64,000 nt of DNA from contig NC_068989.1 of assembly GCF_001194135.2 (NCBI RefSeq), forward strand, positions 95,662,122 through 95,726,121, given 5' to 3'. Positions 52,218 through 63,825 of this stretch are shown one piece after another (position 1 is the first letter of the stretch; each line of letters begins with the position of its first letter). The notes beneath the pieces are model-generated. The model saw only the letters and a program-made list of their open reading frames with translations. It searched no databases and had not been told where the DNA came from. The stretch comes from Octopus bimaculoides (lineage: Eukaryota). The position numbers and the translations under genes are program-made.

Positions 52218-52979
52218 CAGCTATACTACATGGAAGTGTGACATAGGCTGTGACTACTGAGGACATGTGAATGCTTGAAAGAAATGAAGCCATCACATTC
52301 ACTGGATGGGTAATGTTAGTGTGCGTGTACAACAGAGTATAAGTGATTTGAGAGAAAAATTGGGTATACGAGGCATCAGATGTAGTGTGCAAGAGAGAAG
52401 CTACACTGGTGTGGTCATATGATGCATATAGATGAAGACAGCTACATCAAAAAGTGTCAATCTCTAATTGTGGATAGAACATGTGGAAGAGATAAACCAA
52501 GGAAAATGTAGGACAAAGTGGTAAGAAAAGAATATTCAGTTATTGGATTTCACAGACGAGATAGCAAGAGACCAAGACTTTTGCAGTGCTTGAGAGGACA
52601 CATCAAGATAAGTAAAACTGTAGCTGTCCCTGCAAGCATGTCCTTTACATCCCTTTCTCAGCCAAGAGATCCTCGTCTTGTGCACTCTTGGGTGCTGGTA
52701 CCATCTGAAAACACCTATGTTGGTGTCACATAAAAGCATCCATGTTGGTGCCACATTAAAGTGCCTGTACCAGTGCTTTGAAAAAGCACCTGCACTGATG
52801 CCACATTGTACAATCTGTAAAGTGGCTGGCATTAGGAAAGGCATCTTGCCATAGAAACCATGCCAAAACAGACAAATGGAGAGCAGGCAACTCCCTGGCT
52901 GGCCCAGTTCCTGTTAAACTCTCCAACCCGTACTAACATAGAGATCAAACATAATATCATGATGATGACGATGATGATG
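52218..52979 (+). mobile_element. Older RTE LINE 3' portion (ORF C-terminus plus 3' UTR)
   Basis: LLHGSVT*AVTTEDM*MLERNEA..W..NVSVRVQQSISDLREKLGIRGIRCSVQERS...WCGHMMHIDEDSYIKKC..CGRDKPRK; decayed 3' terminus with (GAT)n. Confidence 0.85.
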
Positions 52980-54149
52980 TTATGTATATATTAAGAATTA
53001 TCTCCCCAGATGCCGCAGTGAATTCAGCAAATAAACAAAATACATAGATTGTGTACATGTGATTCATCACCACCATCACTGTCATCATCATTTAATGCCC
53101 GCTTTCCATGTGCGCGCGTGCGTGTGTGTGTGTGTGTCTCAAAGATGACAGTTGGTATAAAATATTAGATTATAACAAAATTTTTTAAATGTTTAATTGA
53201 TCTCTTTTTATGAGAATAATCTTGCTTAGATATTTTTCCTGAATGAAAATGGCGAGCTTGAAAGACAGTGTAACAATATATAGTAGAAGGTTGAGTATCT
53301 CAAGATTTAGAGTTGGTCCTATTCTATATTTAAGTCATGCATGCAAAGGTCTTACTCCTGTCTCTCATCAGCTTTTTTTTTTTTTCTGAATTTTCTCATA
53401 GATAAACTTTCTTCATTCTGCTATCTTTTCTTCCAAAAATTTTTCTCAATTGAGATTTGTTTTATTATACATTTCATGTTACTTTACATATAATCAACAC
53501 ACACACACACACACACAAAGACAAGAAAAACTGTGTGTAAGTAAGTTCAGTGTTTTTACAGCCTAATTGCTTTGAATCATGGATATGTTTTAACATTAGT
53601 TCACATTTTATAAAAACTGGGAAGTAAAGTATTGAAATGATGTGAACCACATTTAAGTTTTGTGTAGGTTTCCTGATAATCAATTATTTAAATTGAGATG
53701 CTTAACAAAATGCTTTTCCACCAAATGAATATATACTTGACAGAATTAGTGATTTTTTTACTATGCTTTATATGATGAAAGGTAGTGCAGAATTATAGTA
53801 AACGGTACTAAACTAAAAGTAGACTTTAGTTTGAAACAATTTATAAAAGACCTGAGATTATCAAAGAAAAGTAGCAGTAGACAGCTGAAGGAAAGCTATT
53901 TGCAATACCTCTTCTAGCTAAGTCAATATAGAAAGAAGCAAAATAAATGTGCTATTCGTTTTCTGCTTTCGGTTATTGGACTGCAACCAAGATGGAGCAT
54001 CATTTTTGAAGGTTTTAATCAATTATATAGATTTCAGGACTTAATCTGGTAGTCTTTTTATCAACTTAACTTTGTTGAATGATTAAGTTTACTCATTAAG
54101 TTGCTTTCCATTAGTGACATAAATACCACAAGGTATTTACACACACACA

Positions 54150-54290
54150 CACACTTAAGAAGATGGCTTTGCAGTTATGAACTGCTTTTTATCCCACTTT
54201 GTAGCATCTTAGACAAGGGTTAACCCAACTCTTGTGAGCGAAAATGGATAGATGGAAATTGTGAAGAAGCCTAACAGATGGATTGTACTT
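54150..54290 (+). mobile_element. Degenerate tRNA-derived SINE
   Basis: CTTGTGAGCGAAAATGGATAGATGGAAATTGTGAAGAAGCC; an opposite-strand degenerate copy lies at about 54500-54650. Confidence 0.5.
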
Positions 54291-54383
54291 ATGATGAAAA
54301 AGTTTTATTTTCTGGTAATTCGCTGGGAGAATTATGTCGAATGTATATGTACCTAACGAGTTGGTAGTTCATTTGGTTGATGA

Positions 54384-54420
<37 letters not shown>

Positions 54421-54452
54421 NNNNNNNNNNNNNNNNNNNNNNNNNNNNNNNN

Positions 54453-54499
<47 letters not shown>

Positions 54500-54780
54500 T
54501 GTGCATACGTTAAGTTTCTACAGAGTGACTATTTACCAATTATCAACTGGTCAACTGTAGGCTATAGAAGAAGACATTCACTTATCCTTAACTTGGAACT
54601 GCATGGTTGTGAGGTAGACTTCTAAACCAAACAGGCAAGCCTGCACCAGCTATATATTTAATATAAACAATGTTTACAACAATCAAATATACATTTCTAT
54701 TACATAGCTAAAAATAAAAAAAAAACACAACCTTAAAATGATCAACTGTAGTTCAAACTCATATATACATATATATATAG

Positions 54781-54864
<84 letters not shown>

Positions 54865-55098
54865 GTAGTATTTTTAAATCTTTGATGGCTTTGTCTTTCC
54901 CACTTGGCTATTGATTTATCTAAAATGTTTTTTTTTTTTCAATCAGCTATTCTCAACAAAAGTAATAAGAATGAAAGGAAAAGAGATAGAAAGCAAACAC
55001 TAGAATGGTACAGGGAACAATTTTCAAGAAAGAAGGAGCACTTGTCATAAATACTCTTTCTACAGATTTTTATTTATTTTTTATTAATGTTATTTATA

Positions 55099-55099
<1 letters not shown>

Positions 55100-55158
<59 letters not shown>

Positions 55159-55311
55159 TTATGTTTGACTTTTGTTTTGCATTTGTACAAGTTGGATCCA
55201 AGTCTCACCCAGAGACCTCAAGAGACAACAAGTTAGAAGTTCATGTAGGTGTTATGCCTAGGGTACCATATATTTGGATTTGTACAGTTTTGTTCAAGTG
55301 AATGTTTAAGA

Positions 55312-55391
<80 letters not shown>
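55100..55391. repeat. Two long (TAT)n tracts (55100-55157 and 55312-55391) enclosing a 154-bp island
   Basis: Direct reading. Confidence 0.95.
55158..55311 (-). mobile_element. Probable 3' end of an R4/Dong-like retroelement inserted in (TAA)n
   Basis: Minus strand ends ...GTCTCTGGGTGAGACTTGGATCCAACTTGTACAAATGCAAAACAAAAGTCAAACATAAA(ATA)n; identity is from recollection of such termini and not verified. Confidence 0.45.
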
Positions 55392-55392
<1 letters not shown>

Positions 55393-57194
55393 TATGTGCT
55401 TACTGTAACCTCTTAGAGCTTAAGTTTGTACTGAAACATTCCAGATTGTTTCACACAATATTCAGTAACTATTTGCTAAGAATGAAGTGTTTAAACTATC
55501 CAGCTTGAATTTCTGTACTGCAAAAATTGTAACCATTAACTTTGTGTAAGTATTAAAATACTGTATAAAGCATAGATATTACTTGCATAATCCTACCTAA
55601 GTCTTATTTTCATCCATGTGATTGTATTTGAATGTAAAGGGATGAGAGAGAAAGAATATTTTCTTTGTTGCAGTGTGTTGCCTGCTTAATGTATTGTTTT
55701 TCCTTAGGTAGAAATTTGAGCAATGTTCAAAGTTATTTGGTATGTTGTTTGAGTATATTACAAGGGTGCTTGCGTATATTCCAAAAGCTTCTTTACACAG
55801 TAAGACTATTCATGATTTAAGCTTCTTTCAATTCTTCTGGTGCCTTGGTGACTTCTGAAATGTTATTGATCTAATGCCAATATGCAAATTACCACACACA
55901 TGATATGCATAACCTTTCTACAGCAAAGTAATTTTGTAAATTTTTGTAGTTATTGTAATCATTGGCAATGTACTAACAAAAGTTAAATGGACTTGAAAAA
56001 GAACTGCACTTGCTCTGAAACTGTAGACCATGTGAAAGCCTGTGCTTTTTACCAAATATCTGAGATATATTGATAGTCCCAAAGTTTCACAGGTCAAACT
56101 ATACAACTTAACATAGCTGTAGCTTCATCAGGAGGAATGCAGAATCAGGAAAAAGGATGTACCCAAATGAGATTTTATGGTTCTTCGGTATGTCCCTTGA
56201 TATTCTGACTTCAGATCTTAGTCAATTTTGCTTTTCAGTTTTATGAGATAGATAAATAAAAGCCACCTGTTATAAAATGTTAATGTAATCAAATATACCC
56301 AAGAAGACTTCAGCATGACCAATGACTGAAATCAGTAAAATAGTGAGAAGATAGGTTAAAAAAATGGGATTTTCATGCTATGCATATGAATGTAAGAGTA
56401 TGTGCAAGTGAACATGGGTGTGTCTTTGCAAATTTGAACTTATTGTTGATGTCTTTTCTTAGATCACAGCCATTGCTTAGAGAGAATGATTTGGGAATTG
56501 TACTATATTGGATATATATACATGGGTTAAACATGAACAATAATTGTTATTTCTATTAGACATTACAATATACAGATGCGTTAAAATGAGCTTTGCAAAG
56601 TTTATAGAGTTATCTCAAATCTTCAACAACAACAACAACAATTCTTAACGATAATTTAAATTTAGCTCAGAGTTTTAGCAAGAGATCAATTTTACAATCT
56701 TTAATAATTATTAGGCAACAATTAAAAAAAAAAGTAGAGATCAAAAAATCTAAATTATGAAAGTTATAATAGATAAGAAAAGAAATTCAAACAACAGGTC
56801 TTTTGTATGATTATAGTCATACGAGTCCTGTTTATTGCATATTTTAAAAACTAAATAAAAATTTAAAAATTCAAAAACTCAGTAATTAAAGAATATCATA
56901 GATAAAATCAGAATAGTTCTACTACATACTTAAACATATCTAGATAAAGTTTTAAAATTAATTTCACATACTATTGATATTGTTTGATAAAATATAACCA
57001 TAAAGACAAGAGAATAAGTAAAGAATTCTGATAATAACCTCTTTAAGAAAGCCTACAATAAGGAACTACCAGTCTATTATCTGACAATTTATTTCAATTA
57101 AAATGGTTGGTTATTCTAAATTATTAATAATCTAAATTGATAATTTGAAAATCTTTTTAAAACTTGTGACAGAACAATATTACATGCTACTCAC

Positions 57195-57217
57195 CAATAT
57201 TTGACAAGAGCACTTAC
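57195..57217 (-). other. Candidate recursive splice site with 23-nt RS-exon/microexon
   Basis: Minus strand TGATTTCCTTTCTTCTATTGCAG|GTAAGTGCTCTTGTCAAATATTG|GTGAGTAG. Confidence 0.5.
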
Positions 57218-58332
57218 CTGCAATAGAAGAAAGGAAATCAGTAATTCAATAAAATAATCTCTCAATATATAAATATAATTCAATAATATAAACTATAGCA
57301 TAAAATTAATCTTTTTTAAATTCATGATTAACTGCAAATATAATTCTCAGTATGCGAGAATAATTTTAGAAAAAAACTCGCTCGTGGTTATTAAGGAAAT
57401 AGAATACAATTGGTTTTGCACTGAAAGAACAAGAAAAATTGTTTTGAAATACAATTAAATATCAATTATACAACATTCAGGTGTCACAGACGTTTTGCAC
57501 TTTTTCTTTTTTTTCTTTCATTTGTTTGTGGTGTGGTGATGGTGGTGGGACATCAGTGCATTTTTAGTCCCATATCCCAAGCTGGAGATTAAATATTGTT
57601 CTTCAAATATGAGTTGATGTTACATCATGATGATACAAAGCAATGTAAGAACTAATAAACTAAATGAAAATGCCATTAACACATTCTAATTAATAATCAT
57701 AACCTTCCTTTTTTTTTTTTTTCCAGACAGGAACAATTATACAGAACTAGCTGAAGAGTGATATAAAAGAATTTTTAAAATTAACAAATAATTAGCATTT
57801 CTACAAAGTGAATTGCAAATTAATTTTTGATTTGAAAGAATGCAAAACACTACACATCAAAAAAAAACAATTCCTCGTGGCCTTTCAATAATATTTCCTT
57901 TTCAACTTTGTCAGATTGTTATCAATTATTATTATTACTGTTTCATCCAAAATAGAAGACAGTAAAACAATAATAAAGTGGATGCAAGCCTTTTTTTAGA
58001 TTCTTGATTTGTAACCTCCTGGGTTTCAAACTCATACAANNNNNNNNNNNNNNNNNNNNNNNNNNNNNNNNNNNNNNNNNNNNNNNNNNNNNNNNNNNNN
58101 NNNNNNNNNNNNNNNNNNNNNNNNNNNNNNNNNNNNNNNNNNNNNNNNNNNNNNNNNNNNNNNNNNNNNNNNNNNNNNNNNNNNNNNNNNNNNNNNNNNN
58201 NNNNNNNNNNNNNNNNNNNNNNNNNNNNNNNNNNNNNNNNNNNNNNNNNNNNNNNNNNNNNNNNNNNNNNNNNNNNNNNNNNNNNNNNNNNNNNNNNNNN
58301 NNNNNNNNNNNNNNNNNNNNNNNNNNNNNNNN

Positions 58333-58365
<33 letters not shown>

Positions 58366-58843
58366 CATTTATTTATTTTTAGATATTTACTGCTAAAACA
58401 AATGACAAAATATCCAGGTTTAATACTGCGTGTCGTCTCTTAATTTCCGAGGAAGATTACTATATTTCTTTCATCAGTACTATTGGTGTCAAATAATGAT
58501 GTAAAAAAAATGTGGCAACTATTTTCATTGTTATTTGACATGAATTGCTTTTATGGGCAACATCATATTTCTTTTTCGATATCTTTAAATTTGTAAAACA
58601 AGTGTTTTTACAATCAGATGCCCTTTACAATGCTGATAAATTAACTATGAAGTAGTTCTTCAGATAGGCAAATTATACAAAAATGGAAAGTATCCTAAAC
58701 TTGTTCATAATCATTGAAATCTGATTGCTTTGATTAAGTACATTGTGATAAAATATAAACATATGATTAAATAATATCTTAAACTACAACTCTGGTAAAT
58801 TCAAAGATATAAAATGGTTATTTTGCTTATATCTTTTGCTTAC

Positions 58844-58883
58844 CTTTTCATCAGATGATTTTAAAATTACATATATCAACTTT
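58844..58883 (-). other. Candidate 40-nt exon (only open frame KLIYVILKSSDEK)
   Basis: TTTTATCTCTGTATTTGTTCATTTTTACAAATTTAG|AAAG...GATGAAAAG|GTAAGC. Confidence 0.4.
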
Positions 58884-60493
58884 CTAAATTTGTAAAAATG
58901 AACAAATACAGAGATAAAATTTAAGAAATTTATGATGGTCAGCTTAATAGTCTTATAGTTACACATTCAACAAAACAATTGATAAGGCATCAACATTTAT
59001 CTATATCAATATTTGATAATGGTGATAATTTCAAACAAAGAAAACAAATTACTAGCAGATATTCATTACAGTAGTATTGTCTTTGTAATATTCCATGTGA
59101 AGTTTACATAATTAATGATTGACAGTAAAATAAATTTATGGTGTATCTCATCAATTGTATATTTTGAAATATGCAAGATAAAAAAACTATAGATAACATA
59201 TATATATATTAGATGATGCATAATTAATAGCAATTAATCAGAATAATATTTTAATGATAGAAATCTACCTACAATGCCTAATTTGCAATGGCTTAAAAGT
59301 ATCAACTATGGAAACATAAAAGTAATTTTTGTTAATAATAATAATAAGTACATAGTCAAATAAATATAAAAAATATAGTTGCTGTTTAGTTTCATGTCAG
59401 TTCTGACAGAGCAGATGTATGAAGATCTCATCTTATTTCTGAACAATGTATCCAAGACTATACTACCTGATGCATCCTTTTACCTTTTTTTAAAGATAAT
59501 AGGGTGTGGCTTAAAGTGAACTGGGCTGCTGTTTCTAACAAGTGATTGCATAGAAGTTTTCTCCTATTGGCTAATTGTTAAGCTTCAATTTAGAAATTGT
59601 AATTTGTGATGGAGAAAGTTCTAGATTATCTCTTATGTCAAATAATTCTTTAACATATACATTTATATATCTATAACATATTTTCATAAGGTATACAGGG
59701 ACTTGTAAATCATAGTGATTTCAAATATACTACACTGTTCAACTTGTAAGCAGAATTTCAGTTGTAATTTTTCAAGTTTAGCAAGGTTTCTGTATAATAG
59801 CTTAGTATTCTTACTTAGTTTCATCCCTATTTTCAATGAATTTTTTAACAATAAATTATCAATAAACATTCTCAAAATTGGATGCCATTCAATAATTTGA
59901 AAGAATTTCATTACAATAGCAAAATAGATTTATAATTCTCAACTATCATGAAAATTTAAGCCAATACATAAGCAAATACATGTTTAAAATTGTAAAAATA
60001 ATACATAAAATTACATTGCTGCAAAATACTCTGAACTTCCAAAATGTGTAAGTACAAATACGAAAAGACACTTGAAATAACTTCAATTATACTAACAATC
60101 ATTTTTGGTTGAGGGAAGAAAGATACAAATTATTTCTGAAGAAATGTAGCATACATAAAGAAAAGTAGTGCCAAAAGTAAAAAATATCTAAGTTCTAAAA
60201 AAACATTACTATAAAAATCATTTCTACAATTAATTTTATGAAATGATTTTTATGAATAAGTCAATATAAATAAGTAGCTAATTAAAACCTGTTCAAATAA
60301 GTTATGTGAAATTAAAGGACAATATAAATTAATTAAATGCTTAAGATCATAGTTAATTCTAATTAAGTGAATTACTATATTCAACATATATCTTACTTAA
60401 TATCTTAATACATATTATTATTATCATTATTATTGTCTACCTCTACCTGTGGTAGGGGTAAGCCCAGGAAGAAGTGGTGAAGCATAAACTTTG

Positions 60494-60992
60494 AACTTTG
60501 GGCCTCACAGAGGCAATGACTAGTGACTGAGACCTTTGGCGATATGCTGCGCTAGAGAAGACCCATCAAGCCAAATGAAATCACAGTCGTGGCTGATGTT
60601 AGTGTCGCATAACTGGCACACATGCTGGTGGCACATAAACAGCACCTTTCATGCATTGGACCTCACAGAGGCAAAGTGGCTGAGGCTGGTGGCACATGAA
60701 CAGCTCCTTTCGAATGTCGGGCCTCATAAAGGCAATGACTGAGACCTTAAGCATTATGCTGTGCTAGAGAAGACCCATCAAGCCATGTAAACTCACAGTC
60801 ATGACAGATACCGGTGTGAATCAAATGGCACCCATGCCAGTAAAAGCATGTCAAAGCACCCATTACACTCTCGGAGTGGTTCACATTAGGAAGGGTATCC
60901 AACCATAGAAACCCTGCCAAATCAGACTGGAGTCTGGTGCAGCCTTCCAGCTTACCAGCCCTGGTCAAACCGTCCAACAATGCCAGCATGGA
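60494..60992 (+). mobile_element. RTE 3' UTR (older subfamily) with internal duplication of about 110 bp, tail missing
   Basis: GGGCCTCA.A.AGGCAATGACT..GAGACC...GCTAGAGAAGACCCATCAAGCCA at about 60500 and 60720; ends GTCAAACCGTCCAACAATGCCAGCATGGA. Confidence 0.85.
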
Positions 60993-61146
60993 CATCATCA
61001 TCAACATCATGATCGTTTAACGTCCGCCTTCCATGCTAGCATGGGTTGGACAATTTGACGGAGGACTGGTGAACCAGATGGCTGCACCAGGCTCCAATCT
61101 GATCTGGCAGAGTTTCTACAGCTGGATGCCCTTCCTAACGCCAACC
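60993..61146 (-). mobile_element. Young RTE 3' end, tail-to-tail with the preceding copy
   Basis: CATCATCATCAACATCATGATCGTTTAACGTCCGCCTTCCATGCTAGCATGGGTTGG...GGATGCCCTTCCTAACGCCAACCA. Confidence 0.9.
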
Positions 61147-61339
61147 ATGCTCATATGGTTATGGTCAAACAGCTGACAAGCAAATCTGTGGTATTGAGCA
61201 GAATATTTGCTGTAGCCCATCTTTTATACTAAGACAAAACATGTACATGGTAACACTTTCAATCAGTTAAGATCAGAAGCCATGAGAGCCACTGCCTGGG
61301 ACTGCATCAGGGCATTTATTATTATCGTTATTATTAATA

Positions 61340-61495
61340 TTATTACCCCGAAAGGATGAAAGACAAAGTTGAACCCAGCAGAATTTGAAATTAGAATGAC
61401 GATGATGATGATGATGATGATGAATGTGAAGATGGATAAAATGCTGCTAAGTATTTTGCCTGGCTTGCTATCAATTCAGCCAGTTTGCTGCCTTA
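61340..61495 (-). mobile_element. Second SINE family copy interrupted by a (GAT)n micro-insert
   Basis: ACCCCGAAAGGATGAAAGACAAAGTTGA....GAATTTGAA; homologous to 28345-28440. Confidence 0.7.
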
Positions 61496-61739
61496 ATGGT
61501 GATGATGATGATGATAAATATGATATTTTTTTCCTAAAAGGAAATATTTTACTCTTGACCACTAGATATTTTGATTTCTTTTAAAAAATTCCATTTTCAA
61601 TTTCCATTTCTGTTTTCAATAAAATAGGAATATCTCACTTTAGTAAGAATAGCCTTGACGTTTATCATACATGCTTGTAACGAAGATACAATTTGCAGAA
61701 AGAGGACAGGTGAGGGGGATGATAAAGTGGCAGTGGGCT

Positions 61740-62330
61740 GCAAGAACACAGGGAGTTAGAGAAGCATAGTGCATGAAGAGATGTAGTTTGGTTCATTGGA
61801 GTGAACCTTTTATCACCAAACATCTTAGTCCATTATCTCCTCCGTTTGGCTCAGCATATTGCAAGCAGTCCTCACTACTTCATCCCATGCCTTCCTGAAT
61901 TTCCTCTTCTACAGGTCCCATCCACTTTAAGCAATCAACCCTCTTTTATAAACCTGCTTTCATTCATAGGCATTACCTGTCCAAAATATTGTTGTCTTCT
62001 TTCTTGCATGCTACATCCGATTCCTCTTGGATCTAACTTTACTTTCACACATTTGCACTTTGTTCTACATTGTACACTGGTGTTGCACATCCAATGGATC
62101 ATACTAGCTTCATTCCTCTAGTCTTTGCATGTCTTTTGCATCCAGGCCCATACCTCACTATCATAGAGCATAGCCATTTATAAACTAGCATCAAACAATC
62201 TAATCTGACCTTTTGTGGCCAATAGACATAATAACTTTCTAAACTTTCTCTATCAGCATCCAGAATATATATTCTGGGGATGTAGACCTGAATGTTCTCT
62301 CTAGATATACCAAACAATCCTTTCAGATAT
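61740..62330 (-). mobile_element. Old RTE LINE ORF C-terminal fragment
   Basis: Minus strand MAMLYDSEVWAW...RNEASMIHWMCN...RGIGCSMQERRQQYFGQVM, homologous to 52218-52520. Confidence 0.75.
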
Positions 62331-62336
62331 GGCTAA

Positions 62337-62495
62337 AAATATTTGGCTGTATGGTTAAGAAGGTTGTTTCCTCAACACATGGTTTTCAGTTTGGTTCTAC
62401 TACATGAAACTTTGGACAAGTGTCTTCTACTATAACTCTCAGTTGATCAACGTTTTCTAGGTGTATTTGATAGATGGAAACTGAAAAAGTGTGTT
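62337..62495 (+). mobile_element. tRNA-derived SINE, 5' half
   Basis: TGGCTGTATGGTTAAGAAG...TTGGACAAGTGTCTTCTACTATA...GATAGATGGAAACTGAAA followed by (TG)n. Confidence 0.7.
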
Positions 62496-62699
62496 GTCTA
62501 TTTCTGTGCATGTGCATGTGTGCATGTGCGTGTGTGCATGTGCGTGTGTGTGTGTGTGTGTGTGCGCGTGTGTGTGTATGCGTGTGTGTGTGTGTGTGTG
62601 TGTCCGTGTCCTCATCTTGATATCATGTGAAAGTAATAAACGAGTATCACACTAATACAAGCAGTGCCTTTCATTTCTGATATTCTGTGGAGGCGTGTC

Positions 62700-62842
62700 C
62701 AGCCCTGGGGAGACATTACCATGTTTAAAAACAGGTGATGGGATGGGCATCTGGCCAGAGAACTCTGCCTTGAAACATTCTGTGTGATCCACGCAAGCAT
62801 GAAAAAGAGGATGTTAAAAGAAGAGGATGATGATGATGATGA
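62700..62842 (+). mobile_element. 3' end of the older RTE-like subfamily with (GAT)n tail
   Basis: GGGCATCTGGCC...GCAAGCATGAAAAAGAGGATGTTAAAA...GATGATGATG. Confidence 0.65.
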
Positions 62843-63663
62843 ATTTCTCTTTGATGTGTTGTATAATTTTTCTAAAATATCAACTTCCAAAAGGATTTTT
62901 TTCGAGACATAGCTGATGCACAAATAATCTGATTGAGAAAAGGTGTTTAGTTTTACCCATTCCGAAGCTATTAAGACCCACTAACATCAAAGTAGTGATC
63001 CCTTAAGTATTAGATTCATTCTCTTTAGAGATCATATGCCCAAAATTGATTCAGAAAAAGAATGTTATGACATAGTTTAAATTTTAAAAATAAAACAAAT
63101 TAAATTCTTGCTTATACTGTCCAACTAGATATCTTTTTGGGTATATATATATAAAAAAGAAAAACTAGCTCATTAAAAAAATGTATTTGGAAGAATTTTA
63201 AATTCAAAATAGCATCATTAAATATTTTAAGCCATATACCAGAAATATTGATGTCATTTATGACAGAAGACATTTAGGACATGAAATGACATAAGCATTT
63301 AAATGACATATGCTTTTTCAAAAATAATTTTTCAATCAAAAGCTACAAAATATGATATATTGCCACAATTATATCAATTTCTTCTTATTGAAACCATCTT
63401 CATAAAACAAAATATGAAGGAGGTGGATGTCTTATTTTCATAAAAATTGAAAAATTCACTTTAAAAGGTTGCACTGGAAGATAAAACAAAAAAACGAATT
63501 TCCTAATTCGATAATTAAATTCAAATTCTGGAGACTATAACAAGAATTTCTCTGAAGATTATTACTGTATACCTCATTTGCCAAGTGAACAAATCTTGAA
63601 GAGGAAAGTAATTTGATAGTACATTAAATATATATATAAATATAGACACATGTATACACATGT

Positions 63664-63825
<162 letters not shown>

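Noticed and set aside
55620-56220. Possible decayed LINE coding sequence
   Set aside because: Only ambiguous partial motifs; cannot assign.
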